A DNA stretch of 64,000 bases from Eledone cirrhosa (taxonomy: Eukaryota): the NCBI GenBank assembly GCA_964016885.1, contig OZ024747.1, positions 46,066,001 to 46,130,000 on the forward strand, read 5' to 3'. This document shows positions 12,916 to 25,283 of the stretch, one piece after another (within the stretch, counting starts at the first letter, position 1; every line of letters starts with the position of its first letter). Under the pieces are notes generated by a model. That model was not told where the DNA came from, did no database searches, and was given only the letters and a program-made list of their open reading frames with translations. A program made the translations under genes and the position numbers.

Positions 12916-12975
<60 letters not shown>

Positions 12976-13188
12976 GAATGCCATGGTTGACGGAGGCTGG
13001 GCTCTGTAAGGTATAGTAAATTTTAACTGCTATGACAATTGTAAATTGTTTAAAACTTTAACCAAATCGTAGAAAAAACACCCATCTCCTCGTGAGAGGG
13101 GGTCTTTCTGCCCGTTATTTGGCCCTTCGGGGTTAAATAACCGCTTATTGGGGTGTCGTGACCAATATTTATTTTAAACCAAAAAAAC

Positions 13189-15334
13189 ATGGCTACAAAA
13201 AAGAATGTTTACAAGTCACTCCCACTCATTCCGTCTTCTTCTTCCTCAATCGTAACTACACCAGAGAGAAGACTGTCTCTCTCCCTCCCTTCTCTAAATG
13301 TGTCTCTCTCCCTCCCTTCGCTTTCGCAAGCGATGCCAGTAAAGATAAATAGTTTCCAAAATCACGTGCAAACCGAGGAACATTTCTCCACGACGACAAC
13401 AACGGCGAATAATGTGTGCGGTAAATACGAAAACCCATTTCATTCGTCTGACGTCATGAATAATAGCAGTAGCAGCCGTAATAACAACAGCAGCAGCAAC
13501 AACAGTGACAAGGAAAACAACAGTAGCATCCGCAACAGCATCAGCATCAGCATAAACAACAACAGCATTAGCAGCAACAACAACAGCAGCAGCAGCAACA
13601 ACAACAACAACCACAGCAACAGTGGCGGCGGCAGTCGTAGTACCAGCAGCAACAACAAAAGTAACAGCAGCTCTGACGACGACAACAACTACAACAACAA
13701 AGATAAACCAATCTCGTTTGCAGGTATCGCAAAGAACCTGGAAACCATCCTTATAACAAATGAGGAATTACAGGAAGCAAAGAAGATGGTGACGAAAAAT
13801 GGACACCGAGCAATCTGCAAGGCAGCCGAAAACATTTTCGAAACCCAACAGCACTGTATGGTCACGTACCGTACAGTAAGCACAAAATCCCGTAGGGTTG
13901 AAAGGGCCACAGAGGCTCAAATACAAAAAGCCTTAGGGTCTGTGTGGCAGCGGAAAACGCATATCACCCGAGGCAAGAAATATGCCACCGTGGATGTGCT
14001 TTTTGCCACACCCCAGGAGGCAAAGGCTCAATCCTTAGTGACCCTAAGGAGCGACGAAATGGTGTTGGTGCCCTCCTACTGCGGACAAAAAATTGTGAGG
14101 GTCAAACTGACCCACGTCCCCTCCCCCCGGGGTGGCCCCTTCTTGGATGGCCGCGTCTGTCCTCGTCGGAATCGAGGACAAAACAACTGTACTGCAAGTA
14201 CAGAAAAAAGTACAAGAAGATTGGGTCGGCACCTCCATTGAGATTTTAATCCAAACCAACCAGGAGTGCATCGAAGCTATCCCGGATGTGATAGACTTTG
14301 ATAACAGCACTCAACTGCCCATAAGTGTTGAGGGCAAACGCCCGAAATGCTTTCGCTGTGGATCGAAGACTCACCTCAGGGCCTTCTGCAATGAAAACAC
14401 CCTGAGAAAGGAGAAAACCCCCCTCCTTCCGAAACCGGCTCCAATGCTACCAGCAACAGGACAGGCGGCAATCAGGAAGGATAGGTCCGTGGCACCCATA
14501 CCCGCGCCACGGAAATCAAAAACAGCAGCAGCAGTGGAAGTATTAACAACAACAACAGCAATATCAAGTGCAGCTGCAACAGAGACTCCACTGCAAACAT
14601 CACCACCAACAACAAGTGAAAGAGTGGAGCTGGTACCCCTCCCCGACCTCACAGAATCGGACATGGAGTGTGAGGTGGGAGAGGGATGGCAAAAGGTCGC
14701 AAGAAGGCACAAACGCAGAAGCAGCGCATCGTCGCCTTCGAAAAGGGAGGAAAGAAACGAAAAAAGGGTAAAGGCTACTGCAAAAAGATTTACAGCAGCA
14801 ACACCACCAAAACCATCACCACCCACACTAGCACCACTATCACCATCGGCGGCAACCCCACCGCCAACAACAACAACACCTTCAACACCACCACCACAAG
14901 CACCAACATCGCAAACACAACAAAACACACACACCCAGCAACAACGAAAAGAAAATAGCAGAACCGCACCCCAACCCCAGAAAAACAAATGCGCAGCAAT
15001 AAATACACACAACAAGAAATTAATGACTTACATAATTGAACACACAGACATTTCACAGCAAGACTACATAATACCAGCACCAATCAAAACACCAACGAAC
15101 ATAGGACTGGTAAAAATAGCACAGAAACAATACACAAACATTAAAACGTAATTCCCCAACGCAGTTGGTGATTTCAGAGACCTAGGAGGGACACTCAACC
15201 GGAGGGTATATTCGGTTATACTCACAGAAGAGCCGACGACCAGCCGAAGGGGCGATTCAACGGTCCCTTCACCAGACGATCAAGTGAAAAGGGATGGTGA
15301 AACCATCCTTCCTCTGCGAGAAGAAGTAAGGTAA
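13189..15334 (+). pseudogene. Tx1-A ORF1 (gag-like, CX2CX4HX4C)
   Basis: Asn/Ser-rich N-terminus; frameshift near 14120-14135; VEGKRPKCFRCGSKTHLRAFC. After an internal TAA at 15149 the frame stays open to AGG-TAA at 15329-15334. Confidence 0.85.
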
Positions 15335-15368
15335 GTGGTCTTTCCCATCTTTTCCACTCCATTTCAAC

Positions 15369-18118
15369 ATGACCTCACCCAGAATAGGCAGCATAAATTT
15401 GCCAATGTGGACTTAGACAAATCGCATAGGGTCAACCAGATCATATCTAGATAGAGTATTTTGTAGAGAAATAGATAGGTCTCGCATAGGCTGTCCACAA
15501 TTCAAGATAGTCAGCTACATGGACCACAAATTAGTGATCTGTGTGCTTGACTTAGATAGGCTTCATAGACGAGGACCCGGCTACTGGAAGCTAAACGCGT
15601 CCTTACCAGCGCGCAAGGCCTACAGAGACCGGATTAACGAACTAGTTAAGCGGGCGTTAACGGGGGCCATCGTCAACAACAAGTGGTGGTTTGCTCTGAA
15701 AAGAGCGATTAGAATAGAGTCCATTAGGTTTAGTAGGGCTTTAGCAATAGAGAAAAATAGAGCAGAGGGAGAACTAGTTAGAAAATTAGACGAGGCGCTT
15801 TGCAAAGGCATCGCGACCGACGTACTTGCGGCGAAATTGGCCCTTCATCAATTCTTCAATGCAAAGCACGAAGGCTACGTTGTCAGAGCTAGGGTGCGTG
15901 CTCTCAGATACGAGGGGACGAAAGCCGTTCAATGGGCCCGAGTGGCGGAGGCGCGTCGTGGCAACAAAGCCACGATCCGGTCTTTGGTGGACCAGACGGG
16001 CGCATGCTACTCGATCCCGGGCAAATGTGTGAAGCTTTTCAGCGACACTTCGCTAAGCTGTTCGGAGGCAGCGGTGGGCCGGGTCGAGGGATGGACTTTA
16101 GTGTCTACCTCGACGGACTGCCGCGGCTCTCGGCCACTGAGGCGGAGTGTTACGAAAAGCCGATAACAGCCGCTGAAGTACGGGAGGCAATGACTGACTG
16201 CACAAGGGTAAATCGCCTGGTTTGGATGGTCTGCTCTATGAACTTTACGTACAGATGCCAGACTTGTTCGGAGGCCTCTTGGCGGACGTCTACTGCAACT
16301 GGCAACAGAACGGGAGAATTCCCAGCTCTGTGAGCCGAGGAGCGGTGGCACTGCTGAGAAAGGATCCGAACAAGGGGGATAACATAGGTAATTTCAGGCC
16401 CATAACTCTGCTAAACACAGAGTTCAAGATTTTGGCCAAGGTGCCAGCAAAGAGGTTGGCGCTTGTCGTTGGTGGTCTGGTGGGAGAGGCTCAGATATGC
16501 GCCATTCCCGACAGATCCATCCACGACATCCTCCACCTCATGCGATACATCGTAGAGAGGGTAGCTAGGGAACCTGGCACGGGTGGGACTTGATCAATTT
16601 AGATCAGTCGAAAGCTTTCGATAGGGTCGACCATCGTTACCTAGCGGCAGTCCTGAGGGCGGCTGGCTTTGGGCCCGTCTTCAGAGGCTGGATCGCTGCC
16701 ATGCACAGCGACATCTGCTCTGTGGTGGGAGTGAACGGTCACCTTTCGGAACCGTTCAACATCATGCGCTCGGTCCGCCAAGGATGTCCCCTCTCGTCCC
16801 TCTTGTACGTATTGACTCTCGAGCCATTACTGCACAAACTGGAGACGTTGAGGGGCGTCCCGCGCGAACTAGGATGCGGAAGATCCGTGTGAGCATATGC
16901 GGACGATGTCACCGTAGTGGTGTCGAACGCCAAACACATCGAGGCGATCGGCACTACACTAAGAGAATACGAAGCGGTGACAGGAGCAATGATCAACCAG
17001 GTAAAGTCAGTGGGCCTGCAGCTCGGCACCTGGAGAGGCAGGTCCATGCCGTCTAACAGCGTCGTCGGACGCTGGACGGACGGACCGGTTAAATTGCTAG
17101 GGGTCTGGTTCGGTCCGGACCTCCAGACGGACAAAAACTGGGACGAGGTGACGAGAAGGGTGGCTTCTCTCACCCAGAAATGGGCGGAGAGGAAGCTATC
17201 CCTGAAAGGTCGAGCGGAGGTGGCTAACGCGTACTTCGCGTCTGTCATCTGCTACCGCCTGGCCGTCGTACCTTGTCCTAAGCCCCGCCTGACTGCGCTG
17301 GAGCGTTTGCTCTTTCGCTTTTTGTGGAAGGGACGCGCTCCGATGGTCAGGCGGTCCATCTGCTGTCAACACCCACTACATGGAGGGCTGGCCATGCCGT
17401 GGCTGATGATGCGCAGACACGTGTTCAGGCTACGACATCTCCACCTCTTCTTCGACGGTGATCAGGTGTGGTCGCCGTTTGCTAGACACGTATTTCCCCA
17501 GCTCGTTTCCTTGACGGAGCTACAGTCCTGGGTCAAGCGAAGACCGAGAGGGAGCGCTTGGAGACTGGAATGTCTTCAGGCGCTCACAGCCCTCGACCAA
17601 TCGGGCAATGTGATCGGTGGAAACTCCACCTCGGTGTTCTATAGAGGATTAGTGGAGGGGAAGAGCGACGACGTACTTGGGGAAACTCTAGACGTCGATG
17701 AAAATCAACTAGCCAATCTCTTCGTAACAACTTTCGTGCCGGGGCCTATGGACAACTTCCAGAAATCCCTGGCCTCGCAGTGCTACCGAGGAGCTTTGTC
17801 GCGTGTGGGACGGATCCAACTATCAGCTGAGTCCATCGTGAGGATTGCCCCGCACTCTTCCTTTAGCCGGGAAGGGCAGGCAGTTTTTATCTGTCTGGTG
17901 GCCATGGCGAAAGAGATAGTATGGTGGACACGTTTGAAAGGGCTGAAGACGAGCACTTACCTCTTCGGTGATGCCCTGATTAACTTTTTCAAATTTCATT
18001 TGAAAAGGAAAATCAAGGTAGAAAGGGAAGTGCACTCTTCCCAGCATTTTGTTGAAAGATGAGTGAGGGAGGCAAGAATGGCTCGAGTGAATGGGCCTAC
18101 TCTGAGTATGTGTCTGTA
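15369..18118 (+). pseudogene. Tx1-A ORF2 (APE endonuclease remnant + RT), disrupted
   Basis: MTSPRIGSIN joined to SYLDR/DHK, GPGYWKLN, NFRPITLLN, LDQSKAFDRVDH, SVRQGCPLS, AYADD; stops and frameshifts. Confidence 0.92.
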
Positions 18119-18389
18119 AATTAAGGGTGGAAAACTGGGAGAGGGCACTTGCCCTGGTGGTCAGGGTCACTGTGGCTTTTTAATGGGCTTTCTCCACGAA
18201 TGTCCCTCGGAAGTCTCCCCCCTATTGGGGAATGTTTTCATTGTTCTATTATTACATCCTCTGTTTCTTGTTTTTTTTTACACGCAGAAATGCCCATTTG
18301 TACCGCCCTGTATTGTCCTGTACTGTCCTTAATGTCTACTTTATGTAAACCCTTGTGGTCAATAAAGAAATCATTATTATTATTATTAT

Positions 18390-18424
<35 letters not shown>

Positions 18425-18439
18425 ATAATAATATTATTA

Positions 18440-18479
<40 letters not shown>

Positions 18480-20300
18480 CATCATTATTATTATGTTAAG
18501 GAGGTATGATATCATCGTGAACGTTTTTAATATTCATCATTGCAATTATAGGAAGCTAGAAAGTAGTAGCTTGTCAAGAAAATGTGATGACAATATGAGT
18601 TGTGTCTGTAATTTACATATAACATTTTTCGTTGGTTGTTTCTCACGCCCCACATCTGTTTCACATGATTATCAGTCATAACGAGTTATTCTAGAAGACC
18701 AGGACAAAATATATGAGAGTTAGCTCATAGGTTTTACTGTAGTATGCAGATTTATTTTGCAAGGCAATAACAACAAAACCGCCGAAGAAGCCGACACTGA
18801 TCATAAAACACAGTGTACTAGAATAGCAACGTGTTTGTTCAGTTTATAATCGGTTTTGATTTAATTCCCTTTATGAGTAAAGGAATGCAAGTAGAAGTGA
18901 AAAGGTGCAATCTGAAGTAGAATAGCAATGAATCATCTATGATGAGCTCGTTGTATTTGTCTATATAAGCAGCAAATTTATCTAATAATATAATTTCAAG
19001 TTTATCTCTTACTGACAAACATTACAAGTTTGACCAAGCATCAAATGAATATGGTTCTACGATAATTCCATGAAGTGGTCTAATCAACTGTTTGGCTCGC
19101 TCTGAATAGAGTTTTAGTGGCTGGCAAACAGAGAGTGTGCATGGATTAGCTGGTTCTTTATTAGGGACACAATCTGCTCCAGGTGACCATTATGGAAATA
19201 AGTATATCATCTTAGAGACTTAACATATACTAGATTTAAACTCATCTGTTTGCTTGCTGCAGTGCACGTCTAAGAACAGCTTGTTTGATACAGCAGAGCG
19301 ATATAGCAGAATCAATTTCAGTTCAGCTATGATGTTATCAACAATCTGTGTAGTTATCCACTCAAGCAAGTAATATACTAAAAGTCATCTGATACATTTG
19401 TAACGCTGATAGAAATTTATCTACGTAATACGAATAAATTCAATATGGAGTTTAAACTGGAAAGCGGTTGGTAGGTTGGTTAATTGATTGGTATGTACTT
19501 GCATGTGTCTACCTTGAATAAATATGTGTGCGTGTGTCTAAATATGCTTGTTCATATATACGTATGTATGTATGTATGTATGTATGTATGTATGTATGTA
19601 TGTATGTATGTATGTATGTATGTATGTATGTATTTATGTATGCATGCATATATGTATGTATGCATGTATGTATACGTGTGTATGTGTGATACCAAAATTG
19701 CATGGGATTCTAGATTCGTCTGAGTTTATCAAATTATTGATAGCCATGAGTGCCTGCTACTTGGTATGTTATGTAAGAATCAAAGGGTCAGTGGTTCACA
19801 TGCTATCACTGACATCTGGGTCTATGAATATGATGATATTCAATGTCTTGTTTATGACTCAGCCAGAAGAAAAACGTTAGTAACTAAGTTCGTTACAAAG
19901 CCTCGAATTTGGGGATGAAAATAAGGATGTCTTTATGATTAAAGGGTATTTGCTGTTGCAAAAGTTGCAACGTATCTAGTTATATTCATATTATATGCTT
20001 TGTCCGAATGTTTTCAAGCAGATTGAACTCTGTTAAATATATCTAAGAGCCAATTGAGATTGCTAAACCAGGTAACGGATTATTCTTCCTTCCAATAATA
20101 GGTGTAGCAAAGTTGATGGGCTTCAGCACTGTTTTCGTTTACAAAATATTATCCTAAATGTCTTATTTCGATTCAAGGCAATGATAGAATTTAGTTTCCC
20201 AAGGCAGCATGTGGTGTAATTAAGCTTGAAATCACTTGTGTGAAAAAGTGGTTATATGTGTGTTTGTATACATTTAGTAATATTAATGTTGATACCATAA

Positions 20301-20460
20301 GGCGACAAATTGTCAGAGTCGTGAGAACGTTGGATAGAATGTTCTACGGGATTCCTTCTTGTTCTCTGTGCTCTCTGCATTCAAATCTCACCAAAGTCAA
20401 CTTTGCCTTTCATCCTTTCGTGGTCGATCAAAGAAGTACCAGTCGAGTATTGAGGTCGAT
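20301..20460 (+). mobile_element. Older related SINE
   Basis: Shares TTCAAAT...AACTTTGCCTTTCATCCTTTCG.GGTCGAT..AAGTACCAGT. Confidence 0.7.
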
Positions 20461-23058
20461 TCCTCAGTAGTTACCCGTATGTTCGATAAAATCATATCAT
20501 AGATTCATTAACATTAACATAGTGCTTGATAGGGCGTCCAGCTGCTTGGGGTATAATATCTGTGTGACCATTTTTTAATTTATCAATTCACTTTTAGACA
20601 ACATGTAATGATAAAACAGTGTTCTCGATTTTGAGATGAGTGAGCATTGTATAACAAGAAGTAAGACACAAGCAATAGGAAACTACTACATGGTTTGGAT
20701 GTTTATTTTACGTGAGGTCATTTCGAACATATTAATAATGTTCAGAGAAAAGAATGAATGTCACAAAATCACATTTTTGCATCTCTAAAGAAAGAAATGA
20801 ATGGCTTTTGAGTCATGTCAAAAGAATCTAATATATTTCTTGTTGTGGCAAATCTTAACTTTATTGCTTATAGATTATTCTGGGCGAGAATACAAAGACA
20901 ATACACAAACAGTGAACAAATAAATCATTGCTAGTCATTAACTTCCTTCATTTAGTTCAGGTTTTAGATGGCTATAGAAGCAACATTCTCTCCGGCTACA
21001 ACTACTTTATTTTATTTTAGCCGGGACTCCTTCCACATATTTTCCTCTCTTTCTTTTACCTAGTTCACAAAAGTTCACTATTGAAATCAATCTTTCTTGT
21101 CACTAGTTAATACGTTCCAATAAATAATACACCTTGACACCTGATAGTTTTATGTCACTTAAATATACAGCCATTTATAGATGTACTCATCTGGAGAAGA
21201 TAAGCATGGACAGATGTTTGACTTTCAGCTTCTAAACTGGCAAAGTTTAAGCAATATTTAAGACTCGCTTATAAATAATTGAAAAACTATTTATAAAACG
21301 CTATTGAGTGTTATATGGGAGCTGGAAAATGTAAATATGTAAACAGTCCAATATCACAAGTTTATAGTGTGCCAATAGAGGTAAAGAATATTAAAATTTG
21401 GTAAAAGTTGATTACGTTTGAATAGGTAGAACTACAATTATAACTGAGACGTACAGTCATATGAAACCAGAAGGGTTTTAGTGTAATCAGATAATAGGTA
21501 TGGTAATGAGGAAACTTTCTACCAACTTTTATGATATACTACAATATTCTAAGCCCAAATCCTATCACTGTCTTTGTATTCTCATCCATCCAGATTTCAC
21601 GAAATAAACAAGACTTGTCGATGCTGTTGTTTTTTTGTTGTTTTTGTTTTGGTTATTGTACCTGCTCTTGTTATATGCACTCAGACCTATTATCAAACGG
21701 CCTTCCGGACTTAACCATTTTGTCTTTTAGACATATGTAAGACTACATATTCTAATGCGTTCTTCCGTTTTCAAACTCATATCAGGTGCCTAGTAAATAG
21801 TTTGTGGCTATTCTCAGCGCATCGAGCAACCCTGCAGTCCTAATTATTTATTACAGCTGGTATATTCACTCACTGTAGAGCAATTGAATACTAGAATCGA
21901 TTTGGTTTTTGCTGCAGTGTTCAGTTCAGATCAGCCGATGGAAAAGACTATTTGATATGATCAAGGGTCTTTTCCGGAGTATTTCTCTCAGAAAACGTAT
22001 GTAATTATCCCTCGAAACTTTGTAATTTATTAAAATATAGTAACTTAAAGTAGTTTAACATTTGCTCCACTAGTCCATCATGAAGCCCCCATATACAGCC
22101 ACATCTGAAGAATAACATAGCTATGATGGATTCCTCCTTTATATAAGTTGAATTGAAACGTGATCACTGGTTGGTCTAGCTTACTAACGAGATTCGCGCT
22201 TAACAAAGATGGCGCCTTCGATATTTTCTTTCATCTTCTTTCAAAATTAGTTGATGGTCTTTGAAATAGAAAGGGACCATAAATTTGTTGAGTTGTACTT
22301 TACCATTCTTGCTTTCCCTTTGTCATTATCCAGGATATTATGCTCTCTCATGTGTTACTTTTAGTAACTATATAAAATATTACATCGACTCGGGGACTGA
22401 GTTTATATTTTATTGTCAAATTTGTCTAAATTATTCCATTTATTAGTATGATTGAAATAAATTAATTAATGAGAAGGTTTTTAAATTTTCATAGAATTTC
22501 ATTAAACAAGTCAAATAAAATTTCAGAGTTGTTTTTTAGCCCAGGATCAGCCTTGTTAAAGCAGGCCTATGACCTAAAATATAATAAATCTTATTTAATG
22601 TTTCTTTTTAAAGACATTATGGTCTTATCTGAGAGAAATGTGCCTGCTATTACTGGTAGTTCAATCCACTTGCTCGTGTTAGGTTCTTTGTTGTCTCGAA
22701 TGTTCCTAAGTAAGGTAGAAAGGCACAGTTAACATGATACTTCAGACATCATTTTGTGTCCCTAAGTGAAGAACAAATCTCCGCTTATTCCCTTTTGGCT
22801 GACTGAAAATAAACAAGTTTCACTTCTATTTCACAGTTGAATAGTTACCACTAGGAAGTGTACGCAGCTGTTAAACAATTACTCCAACAACAACAACAAA
22901 ATTCTGAAAAGAAAGTTATCAACCTCCAATAAAAGCATAGACAACTGAATGAAAATTAGTTTTACACAGCACATAAAAAATTTCCCATTAATTTTGTACT
23001 AAACTAAATAGTTTATAAAATGTTAATCCTCTTTTTAAATTATAGATTAAGATTCCAG

Positions 23059-23239
23059 TAATAATTGTTTCTACTTTAGGCACAAGGCCAGCAAAACCCA
23101 GTGCATTACTGGTATTTTATTTTATCGACCCCCGTAAGGATGAAATGCAAAGTCAACCTCGGCGGGATTTGAACTCAGATCGTAAAGGGACGTAACTATG
23201 CTGGAAAGCATGGCGTCCGACCCTCTACCGATACTGCCA
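23059..23239 (-). mobile_element. tRNA-derived SINE
   Basis: Full reverse-complement copy of the SINE. Confidence 0.9.
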
Positions 23240-23313
23240 TCCGGCTGAGGCCATGCTGGGGCACCGCCCTTATATATAATATAAGATCAAAAGATGGTTA
23301 AAAGAGTTCCAAG

Positions 23314-23384
23314 TATTTTATTATGCGCATTTCAAAAAAAAATATCATCATGGGATGATATCTGCGTTTTCATCAGATAAAATA
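23314..23384 (-). ncRNA. Minimal type I hammerhead ribozyme (H1), intact core
   Basis: TATTTTAT-CTGATGA-[..gatatcatc/gatgatatt..]-GAAA-TGCGCA-TA-ATAAAATA: perfect 8-bp stem I, palindromic stem III, AUA site. Confidence 0.85.
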
Positions 23385-23536
23385 GGGATACATAACATGA
23401 AGCTTAAAAAACACTTGTGAATAGTGAAGTTTTAAATCAACATATGTTGATATGATAATATGATGATATTTGTTTTTGAAATGTGCATAATAAAATACTT
23501 GGAACTCTTTTAACCATCTTTTGATCTTATATTATT

Positions 23537-23715
23537 TAATAATTGTTTCTACTTTAGGCACAAGGCCAGCAAAACCCAGTGCATTACTGGTACTTTATTT
23601 TATCGACCCCGTAAGGATGAAAGGCAAAGTCAACCTCGGCGGGATTTGAACTCAGATTGTAAAGGGAGTAACTATGCTGGAAAGGATGGCGTCTGATCCT
23701 CTACTGATACTGCCA
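23537..23715 (-). mobile_element. tRNA-derived SINE
   Basis: Full reverse-complement copy. Confidence 0.9.
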
Positions 23716-25050
23716 ATTACCTTAATAATGCTTAATTAAAAGAGAAAAAACGAATAAAAGGATGAAAGATTGCGAAAAAGCATGGCATAAAATGCGAAAG
23801 TGACTTCTAGTTCGTAATTATTTTCATTAGTCTAGATTACGGAGAATTAGCACCGACTTTCTCTCCAGCTATGTCAGAGTTTCCATTATTCCAACAGTAT
23901 CACGTGGTGGTTACTTTCCTTCCTTTACGATAAATTACAAATGGTCAGCTTCAATTTATTACTAATTAGGTATACACGCACGATTTTTGGACAAATATAC
24001 GCAGACATGACTGAGGTTTTAAGAAGTTCCCTTCGCAATAATAAAGTGCCAAAATTTATCCTACTACGTCGCAACTTAAGCAAGTGACTTTACCACAGCC
24101 TCGGAACGAGCGAAAGGTTGTGAGCAAAATTGTGTAAACGGAACGTGTGGAAGCCAATGAAATGGACTGCCTCAGTGATTCAAAACTTCATCCTAGTTAC
24201 ATGTGTTTATTTAAAGAGTCGGACATTCTAATGAATAAACAGGTTTATGCTGGGTGTCGAAAACGATGGAACATACAACAATTGTAGATAAATCTACACA
24301 ATTTATTGACCTGCACCTTAAGACGTATCCTTCAACGGGTTGTCTTTCTTATAGGGTTAGTCATATAAGTGAACAGTGAATTATATAGACTGATATTTAT
24401 TTCTTTGACCTCCAGGGATGTAAGGCATGAGGATTTGAATTTATAATATAAAGTTCCTTATCTAAATATTGTAACGCATTCCACTTAACACTAATAATTC
24501 TGCCAATGCATCGCTTAAAATTATAGGATAAACAATAAGATCAAATGAGAGAGCTTCTATCAGCCGCATTATACATTAAATATTATCCAGGCCACATTAT
24601 TACAGATGTAAAGAAAGTATAGTCATGGCTGAAAGATTGTTTGATCTTTGATCAGTCTCCTCCATCAGTGCTGGGCCTGGGGGCAAAACAGCAAAACTGA
24701 TGGCATGATATACCAAGAGTATATTAAGAATTCGTCAATTCTTATATTCTGCAAAGATATTTTCTTGAATGGAATTCTTTAGTTTCTCATTGAGAATGCA
24801 TTGGTTTCTAGACAACCAATTATTTATTACTAGTGTAGTCATTCTTGGAATAGAAACAGATATTGTGCTATTTTAACACATTTAGCTAGTGACCTTTCAG
24901 AAGTATATCAAATTTCTATGAACTCCTTATTTCTGTATCTATAAATAATAAGTTGCTATTTTTAAGCTACAGCGATGTTTTAATATTTGTTCAGGTAAAA
25001 ATTGTCACCTATAAAGAAATCCAGTCGACTTTCTACATGCACTCGTGTAG

Positions 25051-25115
<65 letters not shown>

Positions 25116-25180
25116 CACACATACACACACATGTATATATATATATATAATTATAGATATACACACATATACACACACAT

Positions 25181-25283
<103 letters not shown>

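Larger units (their letters stand above)
12976..18372 (+). mobile_element. L1/Tx1-clade LINE family A, both ends present, internally deleted
   Basis: 5'UTR, ORF1 with CCHC knuckle, ORF2 RT, 3'UTR with AATAAA. (TTA)n at 12916-12975 and 18373-18495. Confidence 0.93.

Noticed and set aside
19000-19380. Coding-like, more GC-balanced stretch
   Set aside because: Interrupted by stops in the frames examined and no motif recognised; needs BLASTX.
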